From: an uncultured delta proteobacterium
Lineage (GTDB): Bacteria > Myxococcota_A > Polyangia > Fen-1088
Assembly: GCA_963737265.1 (NCBI GenBank)
Contig: CAVTRY010000014.1
Span: forward strand, 352,001-416,000
Direction: 5' to 3'
DNA length: 64,000 nt
The notes beneath the pieces are model-generated. The model did no database searches and had not been told where the DNA came from. It saw nothing but the letters and a program-made list of their open reading frames with translations. Below, in pieces: positions 30,460 through 42,700 of this stretch (its first letter is position 1; each line of letters begins with the position of its first letter). The position numbers were made by a program, and so were the translations under genes.

Positions 30460-32279
30460 ATGAGCGAGGAAATCAATAATGGCAATCAACGTCAAGCGGC
30501 CAAGTTCGAGGGATTCGATGCCCTAGCGGAGCTGGCCCTCAACCTCCGCTGGTCGTGGAATCATGCCACCGATGAGGTTTGGCGGCGGCTCGATCCGGAA
30601 TTGTGGGAGACCACCCATAACCCCTGGGTGGTTCTTCAGACAGCCTCGCGCGACAAGATCGAGCGTGCGATGGCGGATTCGTCGTTTTGCAAGACCGTCG
30701 ACGGCCTGGTTCAAACCGGGCGAAAGGCGATTGAGACACCCGCCTGGTTTCAACAGAAACATCCCGCTAGCGCCCTTGCTAGCGTGGCGTATTTCAGCAT
30801 GGAGTTCATGCTGAGCGAGGCCTTGCCCATCTATTCAGGTGGGCTGGGCAATGTCGCCGGGGACCAATTGAAGGCCGCCAGCGATTTGGGAGTTCCCGTC
30901 GTTGGCGTGGGACTGCTGTACCAGCAAGGCTACTTTCGCCAGGTCATCGACAGGGATGGAGCGCAGCAAGCCCTCTATCCTTATAACGACCCTGGGCAAT
31001 TGCCGATCACGCCCTTGCGTCAGCCTAATGGCGAGTGGTTGCGGCTGGAGATCGCCTTACCGGGGTATTCGGTCTGGCTGCGGACCAGGCAGGTGCAAGT
31101 CGGCAGGGCCAAGCTCTATCTGCTGGACAGCAACGATGCGGCGAACTTTCCCGCCCACCGCGGGATCACCAGCGAGCTTTATGGCGGCGGTCCCGAGCTT
31201 CGCCTGAAGCAGGAAATCTTGCTTGGCATAGGCGGCTGGAGGTTGCTGGCCGCGCTTGGCATCGAGCCGGAGGTCTGCCATCTCAATGAAGGGCACGCCG
31301 CTTTTGCCGTCCTGGAGCGGGCTCGCGCATTCATGCGGAAGAACGCCCGGCCCTTCGACGTCGCCTTGGCCGTCACTCGGGCAGGAAATATTTTCGCGAC
31401 CCACACCGCGGTTTCCGCGGGTTTCGACCGCTTCGCACCGGCGCTCGTCGAGCACTATCTTGGCAACTACGCCGAGAAGCACCTCGGTTTGTCCGTTCGC
31501 GATCTGCTAGCCCTTGGCCGGCAAAATCCCGACGACGCATCCGAAAGCTTCAATATGGCTTATCTTGCCATTCACGGCAGTGGTGCCGTGAATGGCGTGA
31601 GCCGCCTGCATGGAAAGGTCAGCCGACACCTGTTCGAGCCGCTTTTCCCGCGCTGGCCGACAGATGACATTCCTGTGGGCCACGTGACCAACGGAATCTA
31701 TGTGCCCAGTTGGGACTCATCGCCAGCGGACGATCTGTGGACCGAAGCCTGCGGTAAGGACCGTTGGCTGGGATTGACAAAGCCCTTGGATCAGCAGCTC
31801 CGACGGGTTTCAGACACCCAATTGTGGCAATTGCGAAAGGCACAGAGCGCGTCCCTTGTCGAGTACGCACGTCAACGGCTGGCCCTTCAACTGACGGCCT
31901 CCGGCGGGTCGAACGACGTCATCGACCAGGCCAAGCGGCTGTTCGATCCGAACATCTTAACGCTCGGTTTTGCACGGCGCTTTGCCTCCTACAAGCGCCC
32001 CAACCTGCTGCTGCACGATCCGGCGCGCCTGCTGCGCATCTTGACCAACCCAGACCACCCGGTGCAGCTCATCATCGCCGGCAAGGCCCATCCGGCCGAC
32101 GATGTTGGCCAGGCGTTGATTCGACAGTGGACTAGTTTCATTCGCACACCCGAAGCGCGGCCCCACGTCATTTTTCTGAGCGACTACGACATGCTCCTCA
32201 CCGAGCACCTGGTGCAAGGTGTGGATGTTTGGCTCAACACGCCTCGACGGCCGTGGGAAGCCAGTGGCACGAGTGGCAT
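30460..32279 (+). pseudogene. glgP: alpha-glucan phosphorylase, 3' truncated
   Basis: YFSMEF, YSGGLG, HLNEGH, FARRFASYKR; stops at EASGTSG just before the PLP lysine. Confidence 0.88.
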
Positions 32280-34558
32280 TGCTCAAGCGTCCGCTGGTGC
32301 TCGCGGATGTGAAGCACATGCTGCTCGGACACTGGGGCACAACCCCAGGACAGAATTTCATCTACGTCCACCTGAACCGGGTCATCAAGAAGTACGACCT
32401 CGACATGGTCTATGTCTCCGGACCAGGGCACGGCGGTCCCGCCGTGGTCGGTAACACGTACCTCGAAGGAACCTACAGCGAGGTCTATCCCGACATCAGT
32501 CAGGATGAAGCCGGGCTGCGCAAGCTCTTCATTCAGTTCTCGTTCCCAGGCGGTATCCCCAGCCACGCCTCGCCCGAAACCCCTGGCTCGATCCATGAAG
32601 GTGGCGAGCTTGGCTATTCGCTAAGCCATTCTTTCGGCGCCGTGTTCGACAATCCCGAGCTGATCGTCGCCTGCGTGGTCGGCGACGGCGAGGCGGAAAC
32701 CGGCCCGCTGGCCACGGCCTGGCATTCCAACAAGTTTCTCAACCCGGCCAGCGACGGCGCCGTACTCCCGATTCTGCACCTCAACGGCTACAAGATTTCC
32801 AACCCCACGGTCCTGGCCCGCATCACCCGCGAGGAATTGGAGCAGCTGTTTCGCGGTTACGGATGGACGCCCATCTTCGTCGAGGGTCACGAACCCGAGC
32901 GAATGCACCAGGCGATGGCCGCGGCGCTCGATACGGCGGTGGAACAGATTCGACAGATCCAAGTCGACGCGCGTGTCCACGGCAACCTGGCACGACCGCG
33001 CTGGCCGATGATTGTCCTCGATTCACCCAAGGGCTGGACAGGACCCAAGACGGTCGACGGCGTGCCGATCGAAGGCACGTTTCACGCCCACCAGGTGCCG
33101 CTCTCCGACCCGGCCACCCATCCCGAACACCTCAAGCTGCTGGAAGACTGGCTGCGCAGCTACCGTCCGGAAGAGCTGTTCGATGACCAGGGACGCCTGA
33201 AACCGGAGCTGGCGGAGCTTGCCCCCAAAGGCAATCGTCGCATGGGCGCGAATCCACACGCCAACGGCGGTCTTTTGCTGCGCGACCTGCGCATGCCGGA
33301 TTTTCGCGACCACGCGGTCGATGTGCCGTCGCCGGGCGTGCCGGGCATCGGTGACACGCACGTCCTCGGGCGCTTCCTGCGCGACGTGGCCAAGCTAAAC
33401 GACGAGCAGCGGAACTTCCGGGTCTTCGGCCCCGACGAGACTCTTTCCAACGGCCTGGAGGCCCTCTTTCAGGTGACCCAACGCCAATGGGAAGGCAGCA
33501 CGGCGCCCAACGACGAGTTCCTCGCGTGCGCCGGCCGCGTGATGGAAATGCTCAGCGAGCACCAATGCGAGGGCTGGCTTGAGGGCTATCTGCTGACCGG
33601 ACGGCATGGCCTTTTCAACTGCTACGAGGCGTTCATCCACATCGTGGACTCGATGTTCAACCAACACGCCAAATGGCTAAAGGTCACCTCGGGTCTGCCC
33701 TGGCGACGAAAGATCGCTTCGTTGAATTACTTACTGGCCTCCCATGTGTGGCGCCAGGACCACAACGGCTTCACCCACCAGGATCCAGGTTTTATCGACC
33801 ACGTGGTGAACAAGAAGGCCGAGGTCGTGCGCGTCTACCTGCCGCCTGACGCCAATTGCCTGCTGTCGGTCATGGACCACTGTCTGCGCAGCCGCCACTA
33901 CGTCAACGTGGTGATCGCGGGCAAACATCCGGCGCCCCAGTGGCTGACCATGGACGCCGCCGTCAAGCACTGCGCCGAGGGTATCAGCATCTGGCAGTGG
34001 GCCAGCAACGATCAGAGCGTCGCCCCCGACGTGGTCATGGCCTGTTGTGGTGACGTGCCCACGCTGGAAACGCTTGCCGCCGTGTCCATCCTGCGCGAGC
34101 GCTTGCCCGACCTGAAGATCCGCGTGGTCAACGTCGTCGATCTTATGAAGTTGCAGCCGCAATCCGAGCATCCGCACGGACTTCGCGACATGGATTTCGA
34201 CGAACTGTTCACCAAGGACAAGCCGGTCATCTTCGCCTTCCATGCCTATCCTTGGCTGATCCACCGACTGACCTACCGTCGCACCAACCACGCGAACATC
34301 CACGTTCGTGGTTACAAGGAAGAAGGCACCATCACCACGCCCTTCGACATGACGGTGCTCAACGAACTGGACCGCTTTCACCTCGTCATGGACGTCATCG
34401 ACCGTGTTCCAAGGACAGCTGAAAGGGGCATCTACCTCAAGCAGCAACTCAAGGACAAGCTCATCGAGCACAAGCAGTACATCGAAAGGAACGGCCAGGA
34501 TTTGCCGGAGATTCGGAACTGGCGCTGGGGCAACGGCGACAGCAATCGACCGACCTGA
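32279..34558 (+). CDS. xfp: phosphoketolase, native 5' end deleted
   Basis: [39 protein letters not shown]; frame open upstream to GTG 32219 inside glgP DNA. Confidence 0.85.
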   Translation: MLKRPLVLADVKHMLLGHWGTTPGQNFIYVHLNRVIKKYDLDMVYVSGPGHGGPAVVGNTYLEGTYSEVYPDISQDEAGLRKLFIQFSFPGGIPSHASPETPGSIHEGGELGYSLSHSFGAVFDNPELIVACVVGDGEAETGPLATAWHSNKFLNPASDGAVLPILHLNGYKISNPTVLARITREELEQLFRGYGWTPIFVEGHEPERMHQAMAAALDTAVEQIRQIQVDARVHGNLARPRWPMIVLDSPKGWTGPKTVDGVPIEGTFHAHQVPLSDPATHPEHLKLLEDWLRSYRPEELFDDQGRLKPELAELAPKGNRRMGANPHANGGLLLRDLRMPDFRDHAVDVPSPGVPGIGDTHVLGRFLRDVAKLNDEQRNFRVFGPDETLSNGLEALFQVTQRQWEGSTAPNDEFLACAGRVMEMLSEHQCEGWLEGYLLTGRHGLFNCYEAFIHIVDSMFNQHAKWLKVTSGLPWRRKIASLNYLLASHVWRQDHNGFTHQDPGFIDHVVNKKAEVVRVYLPPDANCLLSVMDHCLRSRHYVNVVIAGKHPAPQWLTMDAAVKHCAEGISIWQWASNDQSVAPDVVMACCGDVPTLETLAAVSILRERLPDLKIRVVNVVDLMKLQPQSEHPHGLRDMDFDELFTKDKPVIFAFHAYPWLIHRLTYRRTNHANIHVRGYKEEGTITTPFDMTVLNELDRFHLVMDVIDRVPRTAERGIYLKQQLKDKLIEHKQYIERNGQDLPEIRNWRWGNGDSNRPT

Positions 34559-34668
34559 TCCGCGGCGTAACCGGCGGGCGCGCCCAGCAATGCTGGGAGA
34601 TCAACGGTTGCCATTTCGATAATGGTTATTGCCCACGTCCAATGGGAAGACGACAGCGTCCGACCCGG

Positions 34669-37003
34669 TTACGGGGTTGCCCGCTCTGGAGAAGGATTGT
34701 GCCAGCCGCCGTCTGCCGCGATAAGGGCATCGGCCTCTTTCGGGCCCCAGCTGCCGGGCTGGTAGGGAAGGATCCCGTGGTGCCTCCTCAGGATCGGATC
34801 CACGACCGCCCAGGCTGCCTCCACCGCATCCTCGCGGGTGAAGAGCGCGCCGTCGCCGGCCAGGGCATCACCCAACAGCCGCTCGTAGGGCCTTTCCTCT
34901 CCCGCTTGCTCTTCGAGTAGGTAGAGCTCTCGCTGATCGCCGATGAACTCCTTGCCCGCGCGCTTGACCCGAGCCGCGAGGGCGACGGCCGAGCTGGGCG
35001 AGAGTCGAAAACGCAGGTAATTGGCTCGGCCCGCGCCTGGCTTTGAATCGTCGAAGAGCCGTTGCGGCGGTGGCTTCAATTCCACCAAGACCTCGGCCGC
35101 GGATGTCGCCAGGTACTTTCCCGAACGCAGGTACCACGGCACCCCCGCCCAGCGCCACGAATCGATGAAGAGTCGCAGGGCGCAGTACGTCTCCACATCG
35201 GAGTCTTTGGCCACGCCCGGCTCCATCCGGTATCTGAAGTGGACCCCTTTGGTAGGACCAGAAATGGCCCGAGCTAAGAGAGAGTCCGCGTGGGTTTGTT
35301 TGTAGATCCGGGTGAGCCTCGCCGGCAAGGAAATTGTTGAGAGCGGAGGCATGCTGATGGCTGCTGTCCACGGATGCAATGCGCGCACGGCCCCACAGAA
35401 GCAGGTGAACGCGTTGCAGTTGTGGGCAGCGTGCCATCAGCATGATGCAGCGGCGATTTAGGCGGCCTCTTTCATCGCCGACTTCTTTAGTTCGAATTCG
35501 TAAAACGCTACGGGTGTCTGAAATCCAAGGGTTTGGTGAGGCCGCCTGTGGTTGTACTTGTCCAGGTAGATCGCGATGCCACTGCGGGCGTCGGCCACGT
35601 CTCGGTAGTCGTTCAAGTAGACCTCCTCGCATTTGACAGACCGCCATAGACGCTCGACGAAGATGTTGTCCATGAATCGGCCGCGACCGTCCATGCTGAC
35701 CTTTACGCCCTTGTCCAGCAAAACCGATGTGAAGTTGTCGTCGGTAAACTGCGACCCCTGGTCGGTGTTGAAGATCTCCGGCAAGCCGAAGTTCGCAAGA
35801 GCTTCTTCCACGACCTCGATGCAAAAACGGCTGTCCATCGTGTTTGAAATGCGCCAGGACAGAACCCGGCGCGTGTACCAATCCATCACGGCGACCAGGT
35901 AGCAATGCCCCTGTCTCGTCGGGATGTACGTGATATCCGAGGCCCACACCTGATTGGGCCGAATGATCGCGAGATGGCGCAGCAAGTACGGGAATTTCGT
36001 ATGTTCCGGCGCGGGGACGGTCGTCCGTGGTTTGGGCGCCAGCGCTTCGATGCCCATGATTCGCATCAGTCTCTGCACCCGTTTGCGATTCACCGTCTGC
36101 CCCTGTGCCTTTAGCAACCGTGACAGCTTCCGGCTGCCGAATGCTGGCAATTCGAGATGCAGCTTGTCCAGCTCCTTGCAGATGGCCAGATCTTCCTCTG
36201 CCATCGGCATCGGCTCCCAGTAGATGCCCGATCTCGCAAGATTCAGCAGCTCGCACTGCCGACGGACAGATAGGTCGTTGTGGGGCTCGATCATGGCGCG
36301 CTTCTCCGTCAGCGAATGCGCGCGAGCCCGCGTGCTAAAAAATCATTCTCCAGCGTCAGCTGCCCCACCTTGCGCAGCAATTCCGATTCGCGTTCGGCGT
36401 TCGCCGATTCCTCTGCATTTGCATGGCCTGGTTCGAAAACCATGGCCAGCCGTGTGACGGCTTCCTTCTTCCACTTGTGAACCAGGTTCGGGTTGATCTT
36501 GTATCGGCGCCCGATCTCCACAACCGTTGCCTGCTCCCGCATGGCTTCGAGAGCTACCTGCGCCTTGAAGAGTGCTGTGTGCTTTTGGCGGTTCGTTTTC
36601 ATCGTGTCCTGCCTCGTTGTTGAGGCGGACTACACCTTAGCTCCTGGTCCCATTTTTGGGGTCCACTTCAATCCCGTATACTGGCCGCGGACCACGTCGC
36701 TCGGATGCACAGGGCGCATCGCTTGAAACACCTTCGCCTTCTCGCCGCGGACGGCGCCATAGCCCCTGATACGCCGGCGGCTCCATGGCCAGCAGCGCGA
36801 CGATCTGAAAAAGGTGATTTTGGATGACGTCGCGCAAGCATCCGGCACTCTCGTAAAACGCCCCGCGCCCCTTCACGCCGAAATCCTCGCTGTGCGTAAT
36901 CTGCACGCTGGCCACACAGTCGCGGTTCCAGATCGGCTCGAGAAACGAGTTGGCGAAGCGAAAATAGAGGATATTCATGATCGCCTCTTTGCTGGGTAGG
37001 GGG
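34669..37003 (-). pseudogene. zwf: glucose-6-phosphate dehydrogenase, 5' truncated and split by IS3
   Basis: [25 protein letters not shown]|..ETY, RWAGVP, YERLL. Confidence 0.88.
35235..36670 (-). mobile_element. IS3-family element copy 1 (orfA 36309-36602, orfB 35458-36294)
   Basis: TIR TGAAGTGGACCCC, 3-bp TSD ATC, W.SDITY, TDQGSQF, DN..VER. Confidence 0.95.
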
Positions 37004-37037
37004 ATAGGTTGGGCTAGAACGCCATGTAAGTCTATGT

Positions 37038-37065
37038 AGTTGACGTAATGCTTCTTATCAGACAT
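37038..37065 (-). other. XerC/D dif-like site 2
   Basis: Minus strand ATGTCTGATAA-GAAGCA-TTACGTCAACT. Confidence 0.72.
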
Positions 37066-37094
37066 TGAAAGCAAAGTGGCGCTTGAACGGACTA

Positions 37095-38336
37095 GTGATG
37101 CCTGGAGGTACCCATGAAACCATAAGGTGAAAATCCTGAAGCGGTAGAAGGTCGAAGCCGCATAGCTTGGGTGGCGCCGAGTAGGGAAATCCTGGCGGCG
37201 AAGCCCACCGACAAAGCCCCGCATGGCGGGGTGAGCAAGTGCACGGGCCGTAACGACGAGTGAACGTCCGGACGAGGCCCCGAGATCAAGAAACCCCGGA
37301 CGCCGAGCTGGCTAGTCATTGGCGAAGGCAACAGGCGATTCCGAATGCGATCTGCGGAATCGCCGTCCGGCGGGGTAAAGGACGGCAGCACGTGCACAAG
37401 GACATGGGAGAAAACAGGGAAGGGCTCCTCGCCCCGTGGAGAAAACCCACGGAAGCAAGGTAGCCGCGCGAGCCGGAAGGCGAAGTGCGGTGAAGGCGAG
37501 AGCCTGACGGATGGGTCCGTAGGAGCGACGAAGCGGGGCAACGCCCGCGGAGCAAAGGGACCCTGCCGGAGGCAATCGGAGCAGAGAAGCGAGGCAAGAG
37601 CGGGATGACAAAGCCCACCATCAGTTTGCAAGAACTTCGAGCGAAGATAGGCCAACGGGCGAAGTCCGCCCCTGCGCATCGCTTTTGGGGATTGCACGTC
37701 CACATCATGAAACCGGAAACGCTCGAAGCGGCGTACCTGGAGGCCAAGCGCAATGGCGGAGCCCCTGGGTCCGACGACGAGACGTTCGAGGCGATTGAGG
37801 CGCAGGGCCGAGGAGAGTTTCTCGCGAAACTCGCCGAGGAACTGCGCACGGACGCGTACCACCCGAGGCCGTATCGTCGGAGAGAGATTCCTAAGGAAGG
37901 CGGCAAAGTCCGCGTGATTTCGATTCCTGCGATTCGAGACCGCGTGGTGCAAGGCGCCCTCCGGCTTATTGTGGAACCAATCTTCGAAGCCGACTTCTCG
38001 GACAGTTCGTATGGGGCGAGGCCGGGACGAAGCGCGCACGAGGCAATCGAGAAAGTGCGAGTGGGACTGAACCAGGGCCGACACCGCGTGGTCGACGTCG
38101 ATCTGTCGCGCTACTTCGATACGATTCGGCACGACCGAATCTTGGCGAAGGTGGCAGGGCGGGTTGTCGACAGCGATGTACTGGCCATGGTGAAACAGTT
38201 TCTCAAGAGCACTGGCGACCAAGGCGTGCCACAAGGCTCGCCGCTGTCACCACTCCTCGCGAACCTCGCGCTCGACAACCTGGACCACGCTCTTGACCGA
38301 GGAGGCGACACCATCACCTATGCCCGATACCTGGAC
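37095..38336 (+). mobile_element. group II intron copy 2, 3' half missing (RT fragment 37605-38336)
   Basis: Near-identical to copy 1; cut after RYLD by an IS21 end. Confidence 0.88.
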
Positions 38337-39700
38337 TGTAGACGGCCACAAAAATCCGCGTAAATCCGACCGCCGGGGCGTGGCCACTACTTGGCTTTCT
38401 TCGAGGAATGCGTCTGGGACTTCTGGCGCCAGGAGTCGGCGTCGATGTCGATGACGTGGCAGTGTTGGACGAAGCGGTCGACGAGAGCCACGACGCAAGC
38501 GGCACCTGGAAAGACGGTGCCCCACTGTTTGTACGCCAAGTTGGTGGTGATGACGGTGGATTTGGATTCGTGCCGACGAGAGACGATGTTGTAAAGGAGG
38601 TCGGCAGAGCGGCCGTCGCAGGGCAGGTAGCCAAGCTCGTCGACGATCAAGATGTGCGGGGACAGGTAGCGTTGGCGCATGCACCGTTCGAGCGCGGGCA
38701 AGGATTCGCGTCTGAGCAAGTCGGTGAGTAGCGCTGCCAGGCTGGTGAAGCGGACGGAATAGCCACGAGTCAGGGCCGCGAAGCCGAGATTCTGCGCGAG
38801 GGTGGTCTTGCCGACGCCGCTTTGTCCGCGCAGGAGTACGTTCTCTCCACGCTCGATGAAATCGAGGGTGGCATGGAGGTGTTCGTAAAGGCCGCGGTCG
38901 ATGGAGCGGGGATGGCTTCCAGTCGAAGCCATCGAGGGTGGCGAATTTGCCGAGGGTGGCGAGGCGCGTGCGCGCCAGGAGATTGCGACTGTCGCGTTCG
39001 CGGCGCTCCATCTCGACGAGTTTTTCGCAGACTTCGACCGGGCCGATTCGACTCTTGGTGGTGTGCTCGAAAAAAGCGCGCAACGTCGGCAGCGAGACGC
39101 GAAAGCCGAGCGCTTGCAGTTGCGTGGCGACATCATCGTTTGACATCGTAGCCTCCGAGGTCGTGCGGGATGACGTCTCTGTCAGGGATGTGGTCGCCCA
39201 AGGAGACGTGGATGGGGACGGGATGCTCGGCGGCGCGGCGATGCTTTTCGCACAGGACGCCGACTTCGCCGGGGTCGTGCGTGCCGCGCTCGATGGTTTC
39301 GGCGATGGCTTTGTGTTCCGAGGCGGTGTGAGTGCGGCTGAGCGGCGGGAGATTGTGCTCCCTCCGTGATGGCATCGGTTGGACAATCGCCATCATTCCC
39401 GTCGTGGAAATGTTCATGGCGGCTTGCGGGGAATCAGGGTAGTGGCGGCAGGGAAAGGAGGAGCATCGGCATCTCGCTGGCCGCAGCTATGTAGGTGACC
39501 AGGAGGGCGTATCCACCACCCTGCCTGGTCGTGCTCCGCACCCGACGTGAAAGGAAACGAAAGGAACGGAGCGCTTCAGACAATCGTGCACGGCAAGGTC
39601 GGGGTCAAGCTCTGGTTGGCGGCAGTGCCAGGCGTGGACTTGCTCAGACCGAGCACCTGCCCTCTATGTGGACGAGCTGGCTGTCCGCCGGGAGCAAGTC

Positions 39701-42700
39701 TGCTGAGCGACAATTACATCTCCCCAAAGACGACAGCTACGTCGCCCCGCTTTGAGGCGCGACGGTGACCGTGAGGTAGACCTCCAAGCCCGCAAGCGGG
39801 CAGGAGGCACCTTTGAAGCCGGTCACCGACGCCCAAGTGAGGCGTTTGATGGAAGAGATGAGCAAGATTGGAAAAGTAGGCCAGGCCGCCATGAAGGCGG
39901 GCATGGACCGGAAGACAGGGCGGCGATACATCGCCGCGGGCAAGCTACCGTCGGAGCTACGGCAGCCGCGGTGGTGGCGGACGCGCCCTGACGCGTTCGC
40001 CGAGGACTGGCCAGCCGTGGCCAAGTTGCTGGAGGAAACGCCTGGGCTGGAGGCTCAGACGGTGCTGGAGCTGCTGGAGGCGAAGCAGCCAGGGCGGTAC
40101 AACGAGAGCCATCTTCGGACAATGCAGCGGCGAATCCGTCGCTGGCGGGCCGAGCATGGTCCTGCGCGTGAGATTTGGTTCACGCAGGCGCATCGGCCCG
40201 GTGAAGCCGCGCAAACCGACTTCACGTCGACGGCGGAGCTTGGTGTGACGATCGTGGGCCAGCTATTTGTGCACCTTTTGTGCGTGACGGTGCTGCCGTA
40301 CTCGAACTGGCAATGGGCGACCGCGTGTCTGTCGGAGTCTCTGGCAGCGCTTCGGCGAGGGATCCAGTCGGCGCTGTTCCAGCTTGGGCGGGTGCCGCGA
40401 TACCACCAAACCGACCACTCGACGGCGGCGACACATCAGATCGCTCGCGATGCGGAAGATCGCACTTTCAACGATGAATACAAGGCGGTCATGCGGCACC
40501 TCGGAATGGAGCCACGAACTACAGCCGTCGGGGCCAAGGAACAAAACGGCGATGTGGAGGCCAGCAACGGCGCGCTCAAGCGTCGGCTTGAACAAGCGTT
40601 GCTGGTGCGTGGCAGCCGCGACTTCGCGGACCAAGACGACTACGAACGCTTCGTAGCCAAGGTGGTCCGCAAAGCCAACGCTTCGCGAGGCCCGCGCGTC
40701 GCCGAGGAGATCGAAGCCATGCGGCCGCTGGTGGTGGAGCGTTTGCCGGAGTACGCAGAAATGACGGCACCTGTGGCGTCGACGAGCACCATCCGGGTCA
40801 AGTCGTGCGCCTACTCGGTGCCGTCGAGGCTGATCGGCGCACGGGTGAGAGTCCGCGTGTTCGAGCACCGAATCGAGGTGTACTACGCCGACAACTTGGA
40901 ATTGGCCTGCGACAGGCTGCGAGGCAAGACCGCGCGCATCGACTACCGGCACGTCATCTGGTCTTTGGTGCGCAAGCCGGGCGCGTTTTCTCGCTACGTC
41001 TACCGAGAAGAGCTGTTTCCAAGCGTGACTTTCAGGCGGGCATACGACGCGATCCAGGCGACCAAGCCTGGAATCAAAGGCGACGTTGAATACCTGCGCA
41101 TTCTTCACCTGGCCGCCAGCACGATGGAAGCCGATGTCGAGCAAGCGCTCACGACTCTGCTTGCCGATGGGACCATCTTGACGGCGGATGCAACCAAGAA
41201 GAGATGCACACAGGCGACGGACAGTACCTATCCACCGAGCGTCCCCGCGCTCGAAGCACCGCTGGTCGATCTCGCGTCCTACGACCTGCTCCTCGAACAG
41301 GTGGCATCATGACCAACGTCTCCGTAGACACGGTCAAGCCGAGCGCGCTCGACGCTCTGCTGGTGCTTCTGCGCGCGCTCAAGCTGCCTGCCTTCACCCG
41401 GCACGCCGAGGAGATCGCGATCAAGGCCAGCCGCGAGGGGTGGACCTTCAGCCAATACCTCCAGCACCTGGCCGAACTGGAAATCGAAGAGCGCCGAACC
41501 CGTCGCATCGATCGCGCGCTTCGCGATTCGGACCTTCCCACGGAGAAAACCCTGGCCACCCTGGAACGTGGTCGGCTGTCACCCAAGGTGATGAAGCAGA
41601 TGGCGAGCCTGTGTGAGGGTGGCTTTGTCGAACGTGGGGAGAACCTGCTCGTCTTCGGACTGCCCGGCCGAGGCAAAAGTCACGTTGTGGCTGCCATCGG
41701 CCACGAACTCATCCGGCGCGGCTACCGGGTCCTCTTCACGCCGACCTTCGCGCTTGTCCAGAGGCTGCTGGCCGCCAAGCGCGACCTTCGCCTGGAACGA
41801 GAACTGGCCGCGCTCGACATCTATCACGCCGTGATCCTCGACGACATCGGCTACGTCCAGCAGGGTGGGTTGCACGGGCCCGGGTTCTGGTGGCGGCTGA
41901 AGGGCCCGTTTTCCGAGCGCGCTACGGGACGTTGATTCGAGGGCGAGTTGGTGGGTGGCGCGCTCGGAAAACGGGCCCTGGCGTGGTTCCCAAAATGGAA
42001 GGAATTTGCGTAGGAAGGAGATTCATGGCGATGCCTTCAGCTATCCAAGAAGGAGGCACCGCCATGAGACGACCCAATGTCGCAGGATTGACTTTGCAGG
42101 CTCTGGAACCGCTCGTCCAGAAATTGAACGAGCTCGAACAACAAGCGCTGCGCGGCGATGGCATGTCCGTGGCGACGCTGGGGGCTGCGCTGGCGACGAC
42201 GTTGTCGACTGTGGGCCGAAGAGCCATGGAACTGGTCATCCAACAGGCCGCGCGGGCTCATGGACCTGGACAAGTCTGCACCTGTGGAAAGCAAGCCAAA
42301 TCCAGAGGATTTGAGAGAACGACGTTCGTGGCGAGATTCGGTCGGGTGGAAGCCGATCGTCGACGCAACGAGTGTGTTTGCGGCCGCAGCTGGTTTGCCT
42401 TTGACGAGGCTTGGGGCCTTCCTGCGGGCGAATACGCCGACGATGTGCGCGAGGCGACCGAAAGGCTGGCCTGCCGGATGGGCAGCTTCGACGAGGCCGT
42501 CGAGGAACTCCGTTACCTGTGGGCCGTGGCTCCCGACGGGAGCACCGCCAAGCGATGGGTGACCGAAGATGGAACGCGTGCCGCCCAGGCCGCCCAGGCC
42601 GATGCCGAAGCCCATTGGAGCAAGTACGACCAACAGGTGCATGCCCAGGCTCGCGGTGACCTGTGTGCGCCCAAGCGTACAGAGGGCTTCGGCGTGATCG

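Noticed and set aside
22372-41862. Shared CTGGAC(G) motif at three insertion points as a universal hotspot
   Set aside because: Short, common motif in GC-rich coding DNA; other insertions here lack it
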